This document shows positions 12,301 to 26,833 of a stretch of 64,000 nucleotides of DNA, piece by piece (position 1 is the first letter of the stretch; each line of letters starts with the position of its first letter). This stretch comes from Malacoraja senta (lineage: Eukaryota). The stretch is taken from positions 9,860,001 through 9,924,000 of the forward strand of contig CM075992.1 in NCBI GenBank assembly GCA_038087875.1, given 5' to 3'. Under the pieces are notes generated by a model. It was not told the origin of the DNA, searched no databases, and saw nothing but the letters and a program-made list of their open reading frames with translations. The position numbers were made by a program, and so were the translations under genes.

Positions 12301-15087
12301 ACTCGTGTCTCTGGCTCTGCAATTAGCAACTATACCCCTGTGTCACTGTGCGGCCCTTAATCTTATGGAGTGAACGGAAAGTTATGGAAATGTACACCAT
12401 GTCCCGAACCATGTTCCGTAACCCGAGTTCAATCCTGACCTCGTGTGCTGTCTGTGTGGAGTTTGCACGTTCGGTCTGTGTCAAAACAGGCCCTTCGGCC
12501 CACCGAGTCCGCACCGACCAGCGATCCTTGCACACCAACACATCCTACACACACTAGGGACAATTTACATTTATACCAAGCCAATTAACCTAGAAACCTG
12601 AACGTCTTTGGAGTGTCTGGTACATTCTAAAAATCCATTAGATTGTTTAGTTACCCAGTCACAAACTCCCAAATGCATTTTAGTCCCAATCGCAAACATC
12701 ATGTGTAGGAAGGAACTGCAGATGGTGGTTTAAATCGAAGGTAAACACAAGATGCTGGAGTAACTCAGCACGACAGACAACATCTCTGTTGAGAAGGAAA
12801 GGGTGACGTTTCGGGTCGAGACCCTTCTTCAGACTGATTATTCCATTGGTATAAATCTTGTTAGACATTTTTAATTGTGTTTTTTCTACATTTTAGACAA
12901 GATAGCTTGGAAAAACGAAGCCATCTTTTACGGGGAAAGAAAACATGTTTAAAATATAAATTCATGATTTAAACAATGCGCATAAATCCGGCTGTGTCTC
13001 GTCGTCTGTAAACGCGTCTCAGAACGACCCCGCTTGTAATGATACAACTAAGTGGCCTCTCGCCTCTCCGGTGAGCCGTAAGAAGATTGTGAGAGGGCGG
13101 TGGAGGTTACACAAACAATTGTCTGTTGTAATGGTTTATGTGGTCTTCCGGTTAAACGGTGGGCATTTTGCTGCGCGGTGGAGCGTAGTGTTGTTAAATA
13201 AAAAAAGACAAAGAATGCTGGAGTAACGGGCCAGGCAGCATCTCTGAAGAACATGGATAGGTGACGTCTGAAGAAGGGTCCCGACCTGAAATGCCACCCA
13301 TCAACGTCCTGCAGAGATGTTGCCTGACCCGCTGAGTTACTCCATCACTTTGTGTTATTTCTTTTGCAAACCAGCATCTGCAGTTCCTTGTAATCAAGAT
13401 CAGTGTTGATTAGTGCTAAAGGTCGAATGTATTCCTGTGTTCTAATCACGCTGTGTGTCCATCGATTTCTTAGGTTTTCAAATTTTATTTTTGTGAGGCA
13501 ATGTAAGTTAAAGATCATATTGGTCTGAAAACGTTTTTATATCTGCGATTAGCTTTATTATTTATTAGCTGTAAACAACGACATTAAAATAAAAGCGCCA
13601 AGCAAATGTTAAATATATATACAAAATGTTAATAAATGCTTTGTGGAGCATCTGCAAGTAGCGCTTTCCGATGAGCACACTTAGGTTTAAAGTGAAGGAG
13701 AAAAGATTTAATAGGAATCTGAGGGTAACTTTTTCACACAAAGGGTGGTGGGTGTATGGAACAAGCTGTCAGGGGAGGTAGTTGAGGCTGGGACTATCCC
13801 AACGTTTATGAAACAATTGGACTGGCACGTGGATAGGACAGGTTTGGATGGATATGGACCAAACGCGGGCAGGTGGGACTGGAGTAAATTGGACATATTG
13901 GCCGGTGTGGGCAATTTGGCCGAAGGGCCTGTTTCCACACTGTATCAGTCTAAGACTCTATGACTCTATGGCATGTATATAATCTTACACAACACAACGA
14001 GTGCTGGAGTAACTCAGCGGGTCAGGCAGCATCTCTGGAGAACATGGATGGGCAATGTTTCGGACTGATTACGGTGAGGGGGAGAAAGCTGGAAGAGAGG
14101 TGGGAGTGAGTCAGAACCTGGCAAATGGTAGATGGATACAGGCGAGGGGGGGGGCTGCTTGGTTGATGGTTAGATAATGGAAAAAGGTTAGAGAGATAGC
14201 GGCATGAGGGGAGGGTGTGAAATGTGAAGCCAGAGGAATGAATACAGGTAAAAAGAGGTCGCGGGAAAGTGGAAAGGGGGAAATTAGTGCACATCTGTGC
14301 GGGGCACAGGGAAGCCGGGGGGAGAGCGGGGGAGGTGTAGGGGTCGTTCGTAGCTTAGTTAACTAAAATTGGATAATGCAATGTTCATTCTGTTGGGTTA
14401 AAGGCTACCCGAGCCCCACACCCCATCACCACCGACCCCCACCCCCCGTCTCCTTCCACATATATCCCTTCCTCTTGCATTACATTTCACGCCTCCTCTC
14501 CTTATCTCCTTATTTCACAAAGTATAGTCTTTTGATCTCTGGCTTTCGTCCAAACGTCTGACAAACAAAACGCCCTCACCTGCGTCCACGGTCCACCTAT
14601 CACTTTCCAGGCTTTGTTCCGCCCCCACTTCGAACTCGCCCCCTACTACATGTGTAGGAAGGAACAGGCACCATTTCTGGAGAGAAAGAATGGGTAACGT
14701 TTCGGGTCGAGACCCTTCTTCAGACTGATATCAAGGGAGAAGGAGATACATAGATAAGGAAGTCAAGGTGCTAAAATATGACAAAGGGAATGGAGATCAA
14801 GGAAGTTCGAGAATAGATCATTGTGAGTCTGAGGAAGGGTCTCGACCCGAAACATCGCCTATTCTTTCCCTCCAGAGATGCTGCCTGTCCTGCTGAGTTA
14901 CTCCAGTATTCTTTGTCCCTTACTTCAGTCAGTCTGTTGAAGGGCACTGACCCGAAACATCACCTGTCCATGTTCTCCATGGATGTTGCCTCACATCTGT
15001 AGTTCCTTATAATATGCATGTCTTAAGATGTGTACGGATGTCTGCGGAGAGATAGCAGATCCCACTGCCACCCACACCGTGTGTGAT

Positions 15088-16013
<926 letters not shown>

Positions 16014-16688
16014 CTGTTGCCCCCCCCACCCCTACCCACCGAGGGGACTGAGCTGCTGAGTATTTACATTATTTTCTGTTCCTCTGCGAGACACTCACAG
16101 AGCCAGCCACAATCAGGATCACTCACAATCACGCACAGAAACAGCCACAATCCTGCACACAGTCGCACGCAAACCGAGACCTCACACAGATTACACGTCC
16201 CTCGGCACCTTTTCTAGGCCAACCCATTGTGTCGGAGTCTCTCGGGTCTGCAGCAATCCCCTCCGCCTCCGTTTTCAATCGTGTAAGGCTCCCTTTAAAA
16301 CCCACCTCTTGTGCAAATGATTGGTTACCATGCCTCCCGATGTGCCCTGGTGCCATCTCTAGTACCTAGAGTTCCCATGAGACGTCTTCAAGTGCATCTC
16401 ACATATGAGGTGCTATATAAATGCAGATATGTTCCTAAAAGTGTAATGACATTTTAAAATACAGTATTGAATAAATGAGGCATCTTATGATAATAGCTTC
16501 CAAATCCATTCATCAGTTTCGAAATCTTCTATCGAGATCGCTCCTTCCAGTTAATCCCAGCATGTAGTTTCTGGAAATGAAAATGTCCCTTTATTCCCGA
16601 CATGTTCCAGAGATCGAGGTGGATGTTTATATCGGGGGACAAATCCCAGTGTAAATGTATCGTTGTCCCAACCTGCAACAAACTAAAC

Positions 16689-16722
<34 letters not shown>

Positions 16723-17872
16723 TGTATCTATGAGTGGGACACAAAGGTTTCGCTTGCGCTGATTTGATGTGAATGGGATGTTTTGATCATGACGCGGGCC
16801 CAGAATTACCTTCTACAAAATACAGACACAAAGTGCTGGAGTAACTCAGCGGCTCAGACAGCATCTCTCGCGAAAAGGAATAAACTTCTCCAGTCTGAAG
16901 GGTCTCGACCCGAAACGTCACCTATTCCTTTTCTCCAGAGATGCTGCCTGTCCCGCTGAGTTGCTCCATCTTTGTGCGTCTATCTTTGGTTTAAACCTGC
17001 ATCTGCAGTTCCTACCTACACACTACCTTCTACAACCTCTGCGTCTCAGAAAGCAGAGGGCGAGGGGTTAAATTTCGTTGAGTCCGGCTGGGTCACCTCG
17101 CCCATTCTCCGCCTCACTCGCCCGTGGGGGAGAGGGGCGAAGCAGCGGGAATTGTATCAGCAGTCAGGCCCTTGCCTCGCGCAATAACTAGACACGACCT
17201 GCACATTCACGTTGATTTCAGCAGTTGCGTCCCAGTCTGCTCCATATTAGCCGCACCTTCAGCAGTGACATCGGGGTCAAATGTTCCTTCGCAGTAGCTG
17301 GGAATGTTTGGAATATCGTCTGACTATTGTCACTAAGTCACCGTCCCTTATAATCACCCGCCTGCCTCCCCACATAAACAGGGACCCGGGCAATCTCCTG
17401 CTATGGGAATGTGTTTATTTTTCTTTACAATTTGATATGGTGATTAATAGCATCAGCACAAAAAGCTGGATTAACTCAGCGGGACAGGCAGCATCTCTGG
17501 AGAGAAGGAATGGGTGGCGTTTCGGGGCGAGACCACTCTTCAGACTGGTTAGGGATAAGGGAAACGAGAGATATAGACGATGATGTAGAGAGATAAAGAA
17601 CAATGACTGAAAGATATGCAAAAAGTAACGAAACCAGCATCTGCAGTTCGTTCCTACACAGATTCATTGCAATTTCTCAACGTCTAATGTGTAAGTAACA
17701 GCTTCCCCGTGAGTCAGGATTTGCCTGTTTCCACGGGTAATATGTAATGACGGAATTGTAGCGAGAGTGTATAACGAGAGGGTTGATGGGTTGGACACCA
17801 GCCAGCTGCGAGTTATGGCCAAGCACAGCGTTATTCACAACAATCTTAACGTGATACTTGTGTAGGAACAGG

Positions 17873-18355
17873 AAGGAACTGCAGATGCTGGTTTAAGCTG
17901 AAGAAAGACACAAAATGCTGGAGTAATTCAGCGGGTCAGGCAGCATCTTTGGAGGGAAGGAATAGTTGACGTTTCGGGTCGAGACCCTTCTTCAGACTGA
18001 GAGTCAGGGGAATGGGAAATGAGAGATATAGACGATGATGTGGAGAGATGTAGAACAAATGAATGAAAGATCTGCAAAAAAGTAACGATGATAAAGGAAA
18101 CAGGCCATTCTTACTTTTGCAACTCGTTTTCACCCAAGCCACAGCTAACATTGGCCTGTACACTTTAACGCCGTTATTTGTTTTGCATATCTTTCATTCA
18201 TTTGTTCTATATCTATTTGTATCACCATCTATATCTCTAATTTCCCTCTCCCCTGACTCTCAGTCTGAAGAAGGGTCCCGACCCGAAACGTCACCAATTC
18301 CATTTCTCCAGAGATGCTGCCTGTCCCACTGAGTTACTCCAACTTTTTGTGTCTA
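17873..18355. mobile_element. Fold-back element made of two inverted Penelope terminal repeats
   Basis: ~17906-18110 is the reverse complement of ~18178-18355; hammerhead-like motifs at 17968-17995 (-) and 18265-18292 (+). Confidence 0.8.
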
Positions 18356-18888
18356 AATGTGATACTTGTTATGCTTCTGATCACTTAGACACAAGGAACT
18401 GCAAATGCTGGTTTACAAAACAAAATGACACACAGTGCTGGAGTAACTCAGCGGGTCAGGAAGCATGTGCGGAGGACACGGGTAGGCGACATTTCGAGTC
18501 GGCGCCCTTCTTCCGACTCTTCTCCTGTTAATGTTGCTTTGAATGGCCCAGTCTGTAACTCTCCGTCCCAAAGCACCGACCTGTTACAGCTGCATTCACG
18601 GTCAGATCCTGTAAAGGGACAAAGTCACCAGGAAAAAGAGCCCTCAAAATACCAACGTTGACAGATAATATAAAATACGAGATAGAAAATGCTGGAGTAA
18701 CTCCGCAGGTCATGCAGCATCACTGGAAAACATGGATTGGTGGTGTATCGGGTCGAGACCTATCTTTAGAGACTGGTCGAATCGCGGAGTTATTCCAACA
18801 CTCCGTCTTTTTTTGAAACCCAACATCTACAGTTCCTTGTGTTTACTGTTTATACAAAATAACAGAATGGTTACAGCAGAGAAGGTGG

Positions 18889-19205
18889 CGGCACGTTGGC
18901 GCAACGGTAGAGTTGATGCCGCCTACAGCGCCAGAGACCCGGGTTCGATCCTGACTACGGGTGCTGCCTGTACGGAGTTTGTACGCTCTCCCCGTGACTG
19001 CGTGGGTTTTCGCCGAGACTCTCGGTTTCCTCCGACACTCCAAAGACGTGTAGGTTTGTAGGATAATTGGTTTAGCATTGTCCCTAGTGTGTGTAGGATA
19101 GTGTTAGTGAGCGGGGATCGCTGGTCGGTGCCGACTCGGTGCGCCGATGCGGCTGTTTCTGCGCTGTACTAGTTCTGCACTAAACTAAACTAAACTAAAC
19201 TAAAC
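18889..19205 (+). mobile_element. tRNA-derived V-SINE (HE1-like), full length
   Basis: ggcggcacgttggcgcaacggtagag...gggttcgatcctgact...(ctaaa)n. Further copies at ~3930-4485, 10375-10780, 12050-12350, 20170-20560, 20662-20915, 33535-33750, 36410-36695, 38905-39190, 47750-48040, 49393-49645, 60855-61130, 61945-62110. Confidence 0.88.
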
Positions 19206-21269
19206 TTTGTGTTGCTTGCTGTCCGGGCAAATTATACCACACATCAGTACATCAGGTACTGCAAAGGAAAATAATAAACCTAGTGTTACGCTAGTGCAGC
19301 TCACAGTGCAAAAGTCGCAACGAGGTAGATTGGAAGACTGGGAGTTCACCCTTGCTATATGAGGATACTATATACAGCAACCAGCAGGTTCTTGAACACG
19401 ACACAACACGAAGCACTACCCCAGTAACCGCCTCACTACCTTTGCGTTGTTCTGCACCTTTCCATACCTACAGTGTCCCCTCCCTGACCCTCAGTCTGAT
19501 GACCCGAAAATTCACCTATTCATTTTCTCCAGAGATGCTGCCTGACCCGCTGAGTTACTCTATCTTTTGGTGTCTATTTCCGGTGTAAGCCAGCATCTGC
19601 AGTCCCTTCCTACATCGTCTGTCTACCTCAGTAACTATGATCTTCTCTGGACTTGCCCTTGGTTGCAACACGGACTTTGGTTCTGCGCTATTTATGTTTA
19701 CCTGGGACCTACTCTTTTTAATTGCTAGTATTTTTTGATTATTATCTATGGATCTGTCTGTTATTGTGTTAACGCGGCTGTTAAACTGCAGAGAGTATGA
19801 ATTTCCCTGTTCCGTTATCGGTACATATGATAATAAACATAATTGACTTGACATATACACAAAGTGCTGGAGTAACTCTGTGGGTCAGTCAGCATCTCCG
19901 GAGAAGATGGATGGGTGACATTTCGGGTCGGGGCCCTTCTTCAGAGTTACTCCAGCACTTTTTTTTATCTATCTTTGTTTTTACTCTAGACTCGACTCTT
20001 GAAGTCTGTCACCTTATCTGTAAATCTCCTCTACACCCAAGGGATAGCGCACAGGTCGATGGCCATTCATGCACATGTTTAGTTCTGGGGTATATACTAA
20101 AGACGTTCACTGTTACAGCGCCTGTGGCTAACCCAAATCCCTAAACGCCCAGAGGAAGACTCTTACAACAAGTGTTGTAATCTCGGAAACACAGATCCGG
20201 GTTCCATACTGATTACGGGTGCTGTCTGTACGGAGTTTGTACGTTCTCCTTGTGATCCGCATGGGTTTTCTGTGGGTGCTCCGGTTACCCCCCACATCCT
20301 AAAGAGGTGCGGGGTTGTAGATTATCGAGCTCTGTTATTTACCCCGGTGTGTAGGATAGAACTATGGGGATAGAGGCTATGGGGAGAAGGCGGGAAAATG
20401 GGGTTAGGAGAGATAAATCAGCCATGATTGAATGGCGGAGTAGACTTGATGGGCCGAATGGCCTAATTCTACTCATATTCCTAACTAGAGTACAGGTGAT
20501 CGCTGGTCGGTGGGCCGAAGTGCCTGTTTCCAACCTGTATCTCTAAAACTAAAAACAAGCTAAAACGAAAACAATATTAAAGTGTATCTTTATTTGCATT
20601 CCTCGATTTAGTTATATTTAATTTAAATACTCCTGCGTTTGCTTTATTTTCAAGTTATTGAAAGACAGCACGGGAACAGGCCCTTTGGCCCATCGAGTCC
20701 ATTTTCTCATCCACTCCCTACACACTAGGGACAATTTTGAAGAGGACCTATTAACCTACAAACCCGCACGTCTTTGTGATGTGGCAGGAAACTGGATTAC
20801 CCGGAGGAAACCCACGCAGTCACAGGGAGAACGTGCAAACTCCACACAGACAGCAACCAAGATCAGGTTGGAACCCGGGCCGCTGGCGCTGTGAGGCAGG
20901 AGCTCTACCCACAGCGTTCCTCTTACGAAATCAGATTCAGTTCCGTCAAATGCTCCGATTTATTTCCGATGAATGTGGAACATTTTAAGGATGTGGTTTA
21001 TAAGATACAAGGAGCAATCTCCTGGTGATTTCAGTACCGGCACGGCTAGAGATTTATTTTATTAAGACGTTATGAACGGCGGGGAAAGGGGCTGGCGTTT
21101 GCTAAACTGCAGCAGGACGAGGGAAGACCAACGGAGGGAGAAATCAATTGCCAGAAAGGGAGTCGGGCGGGGGTAGGGTGCGGGGAGGGGTAGATGGGGC
21201 TGGCAGATAGAGGGGGGAAAGCTGGAGAACTGAGAAATCGTGAGCCAGAGAGCGCGGTGGAGAGATTTT

Positions 21270-21590
21270 AGAGTAGTTTAGAGATGCAGCGCACAAACAG
21301 GCCTCTCTCACTCAGGTCCACCGAGTCCACGCCGAACAGTCATCCCCGTCCACTAACACTATCCTACGCACGCTGGGGACAATTTGTTTTTACAATTTTA
21401 ACAAGCCAATTTGCCTACAAACCTGTGCGTCTTTGGAGTGTGGGGGGGGGGGGGGGGGACTCGAGCTGCCGGAGAAAACCCACGCTGGTCACTGGGAGAA
21501 CGTACAAACTCAATGCAGACAGCACCCGTGATCAGGATCAAACCCGGGTCTCTGGCGCTGAGGCAGCAACTCTACCGCTGCGCCACCGTG
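21270..21590 (-). mobile_element. tRNA-derived V-SINE (HE1-like)
   Basis: Reverse complement of the same consensus, ending ctaccgctgcgccaccgtg. Confidence 0.85.
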
Positions 21591-22177
21591 TCACGATTTC
21601 TCTCTGTTCTTCTATTATCTCCTATTATTTTCCGATTGTCCAAATATTATAGGAGTTCCATTATTTTCGCCACCATTACAATGACCATTAGAAGGCATTT
21701 GGACAGGTATGCGGTTTAGAGGGATATAGGCCAAATACAGACAATGGGGGTAGCTTGAGACATCTTGAGCTGCATGGACGAGTTGAGCTGACGCGCCAGT
21801 GTCCATGCTGCATGACTATGACTCCAAAAGCAAGCTGACTGATTTAAAATTCCCCGGACATTTTCGACCCCATTCTTAAACAACGACATTAGATTAGCTG
21901 TCTATCAATTCATTGGCACTGTACAATTTTCTAATAAGTCACTAAATTTGTGTAACAATAGCACTGCTATCTCTTTCTATGGTTCTTTGAAAAAGTATGG
22001 CCGGACTTCTTATCCTCTTTGTTATATTGGTTTGATATATTTTATTTTTCTAGTGTTGAATGTTTTCAGTTCATTACTCGTCCCATCCTAAATGTCATAT
22101 CCTCCCGTTCTATCTCTATGGTTTAAAAAATAAATAAGAAGTTAACAAACCTATTTCATTCCTGTCATTACTTGGCT

Positions 22178-22475
22178 TGGATAGAGTTAACGTGGAGAGA
22201 ATATTTCCACTGGTGGGAGAGTCTACGACTAGAAGTCATAGCCTCAGAATTAAAGGACGTTCTTTTAGGAAGGTAGGCAAAAATGCTCGAGAAACTCAGC
22301 GGGTGAGGCAGCATCTATGGAGCGAAGGTGACGTTTCGGGTCGAGACCCTTCTTTTAGGAAGGAGATGTGGAGCCATTTCTTTAGTCAGAGGGTGGTGAA
22401 TCTGTGGAATTCTTTGCCACAGAAGGCTGTGGAGGCCAAGTCAGTGGATATTTTTAAGGCAGAGATAGATAGATT
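22178..22475 (+). mobile_element. CR1 3' fragment hosting DIRS-B (continues at 27171-27318)
   Basis: [33 protein letters not shown]; resumes cttgattagtacgggtgtc at 27171, matching the uninterrupted copy at 1-180. Confidence 0.9.
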
Positions 22476-23989
22476 TTACTTCGGAGTCACGTGAGTGACT
22501 ACGTGTAGAAGACCCGTCAGGGCGCATGCGCGTCATTACGTCGGTCGCATTGGCGCAGACAGGCTGGGAGGAACACAGTTCTCCAGCGGTAAGTTTAAAA
22601 AATCCTGCAGGTAAGTTTAAACTTACTTTTCAGGTTGTCCATTGCAGGAATCATTTTCCCAGGTTCCTGCTGGACATGGAAAAATTCAGCAAAACCCGGT
22701 GGACCGCGGAGAAATTGTGGACCGCGGGGATGTCGGCTTCGGACCGCGGGAGTGCGGTAGCAGTCGGCCGGTGGGTTTTGCTCGTGGAGTCGCGGACAGA
22801 ACGGTCCGCGACTCCCGAGGTTTAATTCGGGCCGCGGTTTTTTTTTATAGACCGCGGGTTGAAGCAAGCTGCGGTCACTATAGAGGTGGCTGTTAGGCTT
22901 GCAGTTTCGAGTCGCTGACAGGCAGGTCAGCGACTCCAGAGAAATGTTTTAAATAGGGGCTGCGGGGTTCCTCTAGACCGCGGGGATACCGGCTACGGTC
23001 CGCGGTAAAGTGAGGAGCCGGTGGCCGTCGGACTTCTTGTGAGAGTCGCTGACAGTAAGGTCAGCGACTCCCGAGGGGGGTGCAGACTGAGCATGGTCGT
23101 CGGGTTACTACCCGGCTCATTGAGGAAGGGCCCGACTTTGGCAGCCCATATGAGTTTGAAATATGTGGAGCCTGGCCAGGAGGGTCCCCTCTGTTATATA
23201 TGTATGTCCTCAGTGGACAGGAGTAAGGCTCAGGGCTGCTTATCAATTCCTCAGTGGAGAGGAGTACAAGGGGTCAGTGTGTGGCTGACTCCAACCCCAA
23301 CTCAGGAAGAGAGATTAGTGGTTTATCACCCTTATGTGTCGAGGTGAAAAAGTAGCATTTTCTGCTAATTCTGAGGAGGTTTCAGGTTGCCCTCCAAATT
23401 AAAGACGAACGCAATTTTGAGAAGCGTTCAAAAGGGTAGACATTATAGTTACCACTTGGTCACATTGTAACTATTATACTGAGAGGAAGCCTTGTAGAGC
23501 AGTATTATCAGTCACCTGTGGGAGTTACACCAAGTGGCGTCATAGTAATTGCTGCTCATTAAAGGGACTGTGCACGGTTTCTTCCCCAAGACGCCGGATA
23601 ACTCATATTAAAAGTAATCCCAGGTTTAACTGGGATGGGCGTCTTCATTGACATAAATGTCTTTGGCTATGACAAATAATTGTTAAGTTTGTTCCAGCAT
23701 TTCCCACTATGTCTGATGTACAGGGGCCAGAGGCGCTCCAATTCTTCCCTATAGACGGAGTTGGCATCGGGAAGGAGCACGATTTGGAGTTGCTAGCACG
23801 TGCAGCCTGTTTGGAGAAGGAGGATACCAACAGAGTATCGAATTGCATGGCTAGTTCTGGCGGTTGCTGTAGGCAGCGACCTGATAACCCCAACTCAAAG
23901 TGAGTGCCAAACCAGGGGTATCAATGTCAGACAACATTGCATCTTGTTGCAATTCAAGAACGCTCCATCGTAAGGCATGTCAGGCAGCA

Positions 23990-24345
23990 ACACCTAGTAA
24001 AGGTTTGCAAAAGTCCCCCCACTCAAGGTCGGAGTGGTCGAGAGAGTGCTACAGGAGGATGCACATGTGCCTGAAGCAACACCTGTTTGTAGGGTTGCCA
24101 TTCCTCCCACTGGGTGCACCACAGTGGTCGAGATAGTGCTAAAATACATGCACACGTGCCTAAGGTGACGCCTAGTAAAGGGTTGCCAAAATTTCTCCCA
24201 CTCAAATGGCGTAGTGGTCGAGAGAGTGCTACAGGAGTATGCACATGGGCCTGAAGCAACACCTGTTTGCAGGGCTGCCATTACTCCCACTCGGTTTTTC
24301 CATAGTGGTCGAGATGGTGCTAAAATACATGCACACAGGCCTGGG
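23990..24345 (+). repeat. 90-bp tandem repeat (about 4 units, alternating A/B types) inside DIRS-B
   Basis: AGTGGTCGAGA recurs at 24033, 24123, 24213 and 24304; units 1/3 and 2/4 are most alike. Confidence 0.9.
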
Positions 24346-26833
24346 GCAGATCCTGTTGCAGGTTGCATAAGTGCTCCCACGTGGATGTATAGTGGATGAA
24401 GATGGAGCCACACACACATGTGATAAGATTGTGGGGAATGGAGTCGAACAACATGCTTGGTACAGAAGCATGTACAAGCAAATGGAAGAGATGGATGGTG
24501 ATACCTGCTTCAGCTTCGATAAGTCCCACTCTAAAAGAGTGTCTAAGGTTAGTATGGATTAACTCCAAACAGGAATCGAAACATGGCTATGCGCCGGGAT
24601 ACCATGCTGAATGCATGAGGGTAAGCAGTGGACGTTTGCCTCTAAAATTGCTGCTCAGTCGCTGATTGCTGATCCATCCAGAGAAATCCAAATTAACACC
24701 TGACTATTTGGGTCACAATTGATTCAATTAAGTGCTCTGCCCAGGGAAAAGGGGTAGAGCTAATTGACAGCTGTATCAAGCTAATTGAGGCATTAAGGAT
24801 ACATTCGGGTCATTATAATAGACCTATGCAGTTATCAGTAAAGACTATGCTAATTTGCAATGGTTTCACCATGTGTCCAGGAGTTATAGCAAGGTAATGC
24901 TTGACCAGCCTTCCATGATTTTGCAGATGAATGTCAGTGCACTCGGGTGGGGTGTCACGGATACGAGTTTCAACTGTGGAGGCAGATGGACTGAGCAAGA
25001 GGCATCATTTCTGCAGACATGGGCAATTAACTATTAAGCGGTTTTAAGGACAAGGCTTATTGCTCTAACAAATGTATCTGCATGTTCAGTTTCAGATTGA
25101 CAATACTACGCAAGTGGCATATATATTAATCACATCAGTGGAATCAAGTCGGTATTTTGTGATAGATTGGCTAATCAAATTTGGGCCTGGTGCATTGGAA
25201 AATATATTTCAGATATTTATCTACCAGGTAGATTCTACATAGTAGCAGACGCCAAGTCACGAACATTCCATGACAACATAGATTGAATGTTCAACAAGGA
25301 GGTGTTCAATAATATAGTACTTGTATATGAATGCCAGATATCGATTTGTTTTGCATCAAGGTCAACCATCAGATGCCTAAATAGGTTTCATGAGAACCAG
25401 ACCACGTGGCAGTTGCAATTAATACTTTGAAATTGAGGTGGTATGTTTTAATTATTTTCCTACCATTTTGCCTATTAGGTCGGAGTCTGCAAGAAATCAA
25501 GCAGGATGCCGCTTTGGAGGTGCTTGTAATACCTATTGGCCGAATCAAGCATGGTTTCCCTTTGATGTTACAGTTAGGGCCAACCTCTTTTTGGTGGTTC
25601 CCAAGCGTAGGAATTGACTGGAGCATCCGCTAACACGGGAAAGTCATCTGTTATGTGATTGTATTGAATTGCTAATTTGCAGGTTTTAAGAAGGCCATAT
25701 CTGGAGTAAGGATGTCTGGGTTTAGGGTGGACATGCTCACTGTAGCCTGGAGAAAGAGTACTCGAAAGGGGTATATTACTTATGTAAAAGAATGGGAGAA
25801 ATATTGTGTACAAAATAATATTGACTATAATACTACAGGTATTGTGGATATTTTATAGTTCCTGTTGACACGCTATGATGATGAGGGGCTCAGTTATAGC
25901 ACCATTAATACAGCTTTAAGTGCTTTGTCATCGTATGGTTTGGATGGGGTCAGGAAAGATCCTATTGAGTTTCATCATATCATAGCTGGATTGATGAAAG
26001 GAATTTCAACTCTAAACCTCCTAAACCCAGGTATATGGCGATCTGGGATGCAAGTGAGGTCCGCAAGATGTTTTTCGACAGTAGGTTCCTGGCATGTCTC
26101 TGAATTTGCCAAGCTAATCATGAAAGGGGTTATGCTCTTGGCATAGGTTCAGCATAGCAAGTGCAGAGTTTGCAAAAGCTTCTGCTGGACAGGATGGAAG
26201 TTGCTGAAGAGAATGTTATGTTATATAATTGCGTCCTGTTTAAGCAGAGCAGGCCAGGTGTCACAGGGTTGTTAATATTGTGTTTCAGCATAACCTACTG
26301 ATCCATGTTTATGTGTAATGGCACATTTATTTTTATTATATTGAAGCTATAAAGACCTTAAGAAAGGTGGAAACAGCATTGTTTATCAGTTACATGAAGC
26401 CACACAGGAGAGTGTTAGTGCAGACTATCTCAAGGTGGTTTAAAACAAATGTTGATTAAGGCAGGTATTAACACTGAAGTGTATATATCCTTTTTTCCAC
26501 TAGTGCAGCAGCAACATCGACGGCTAGGTCGATGGATGTTCACAGCGGCCATATTTTTATAGGGTCAAATTATTTTTTTTACATTTTATTTTTAATTTGA
26601 CCATCGGCCGATCGCCGATCGGAGAGAGGCTGTTTACAAATTCAGGATTAAGTCCTGTTTAGTTCCCCTGGGATAGAGGGATTACTGGTTGTTTTGATTA
26701 TTCAAATCAATTGTTATTGCATGATATTACCATTTCATGTTTAACGCATTATTGATTGTTTCTCATCGAAAGTCAATCAATGCAGTGAGGCCGGGATTTG
26801 GATCTGCGGCATAAAGTCACAGAGCTTTGAAAT

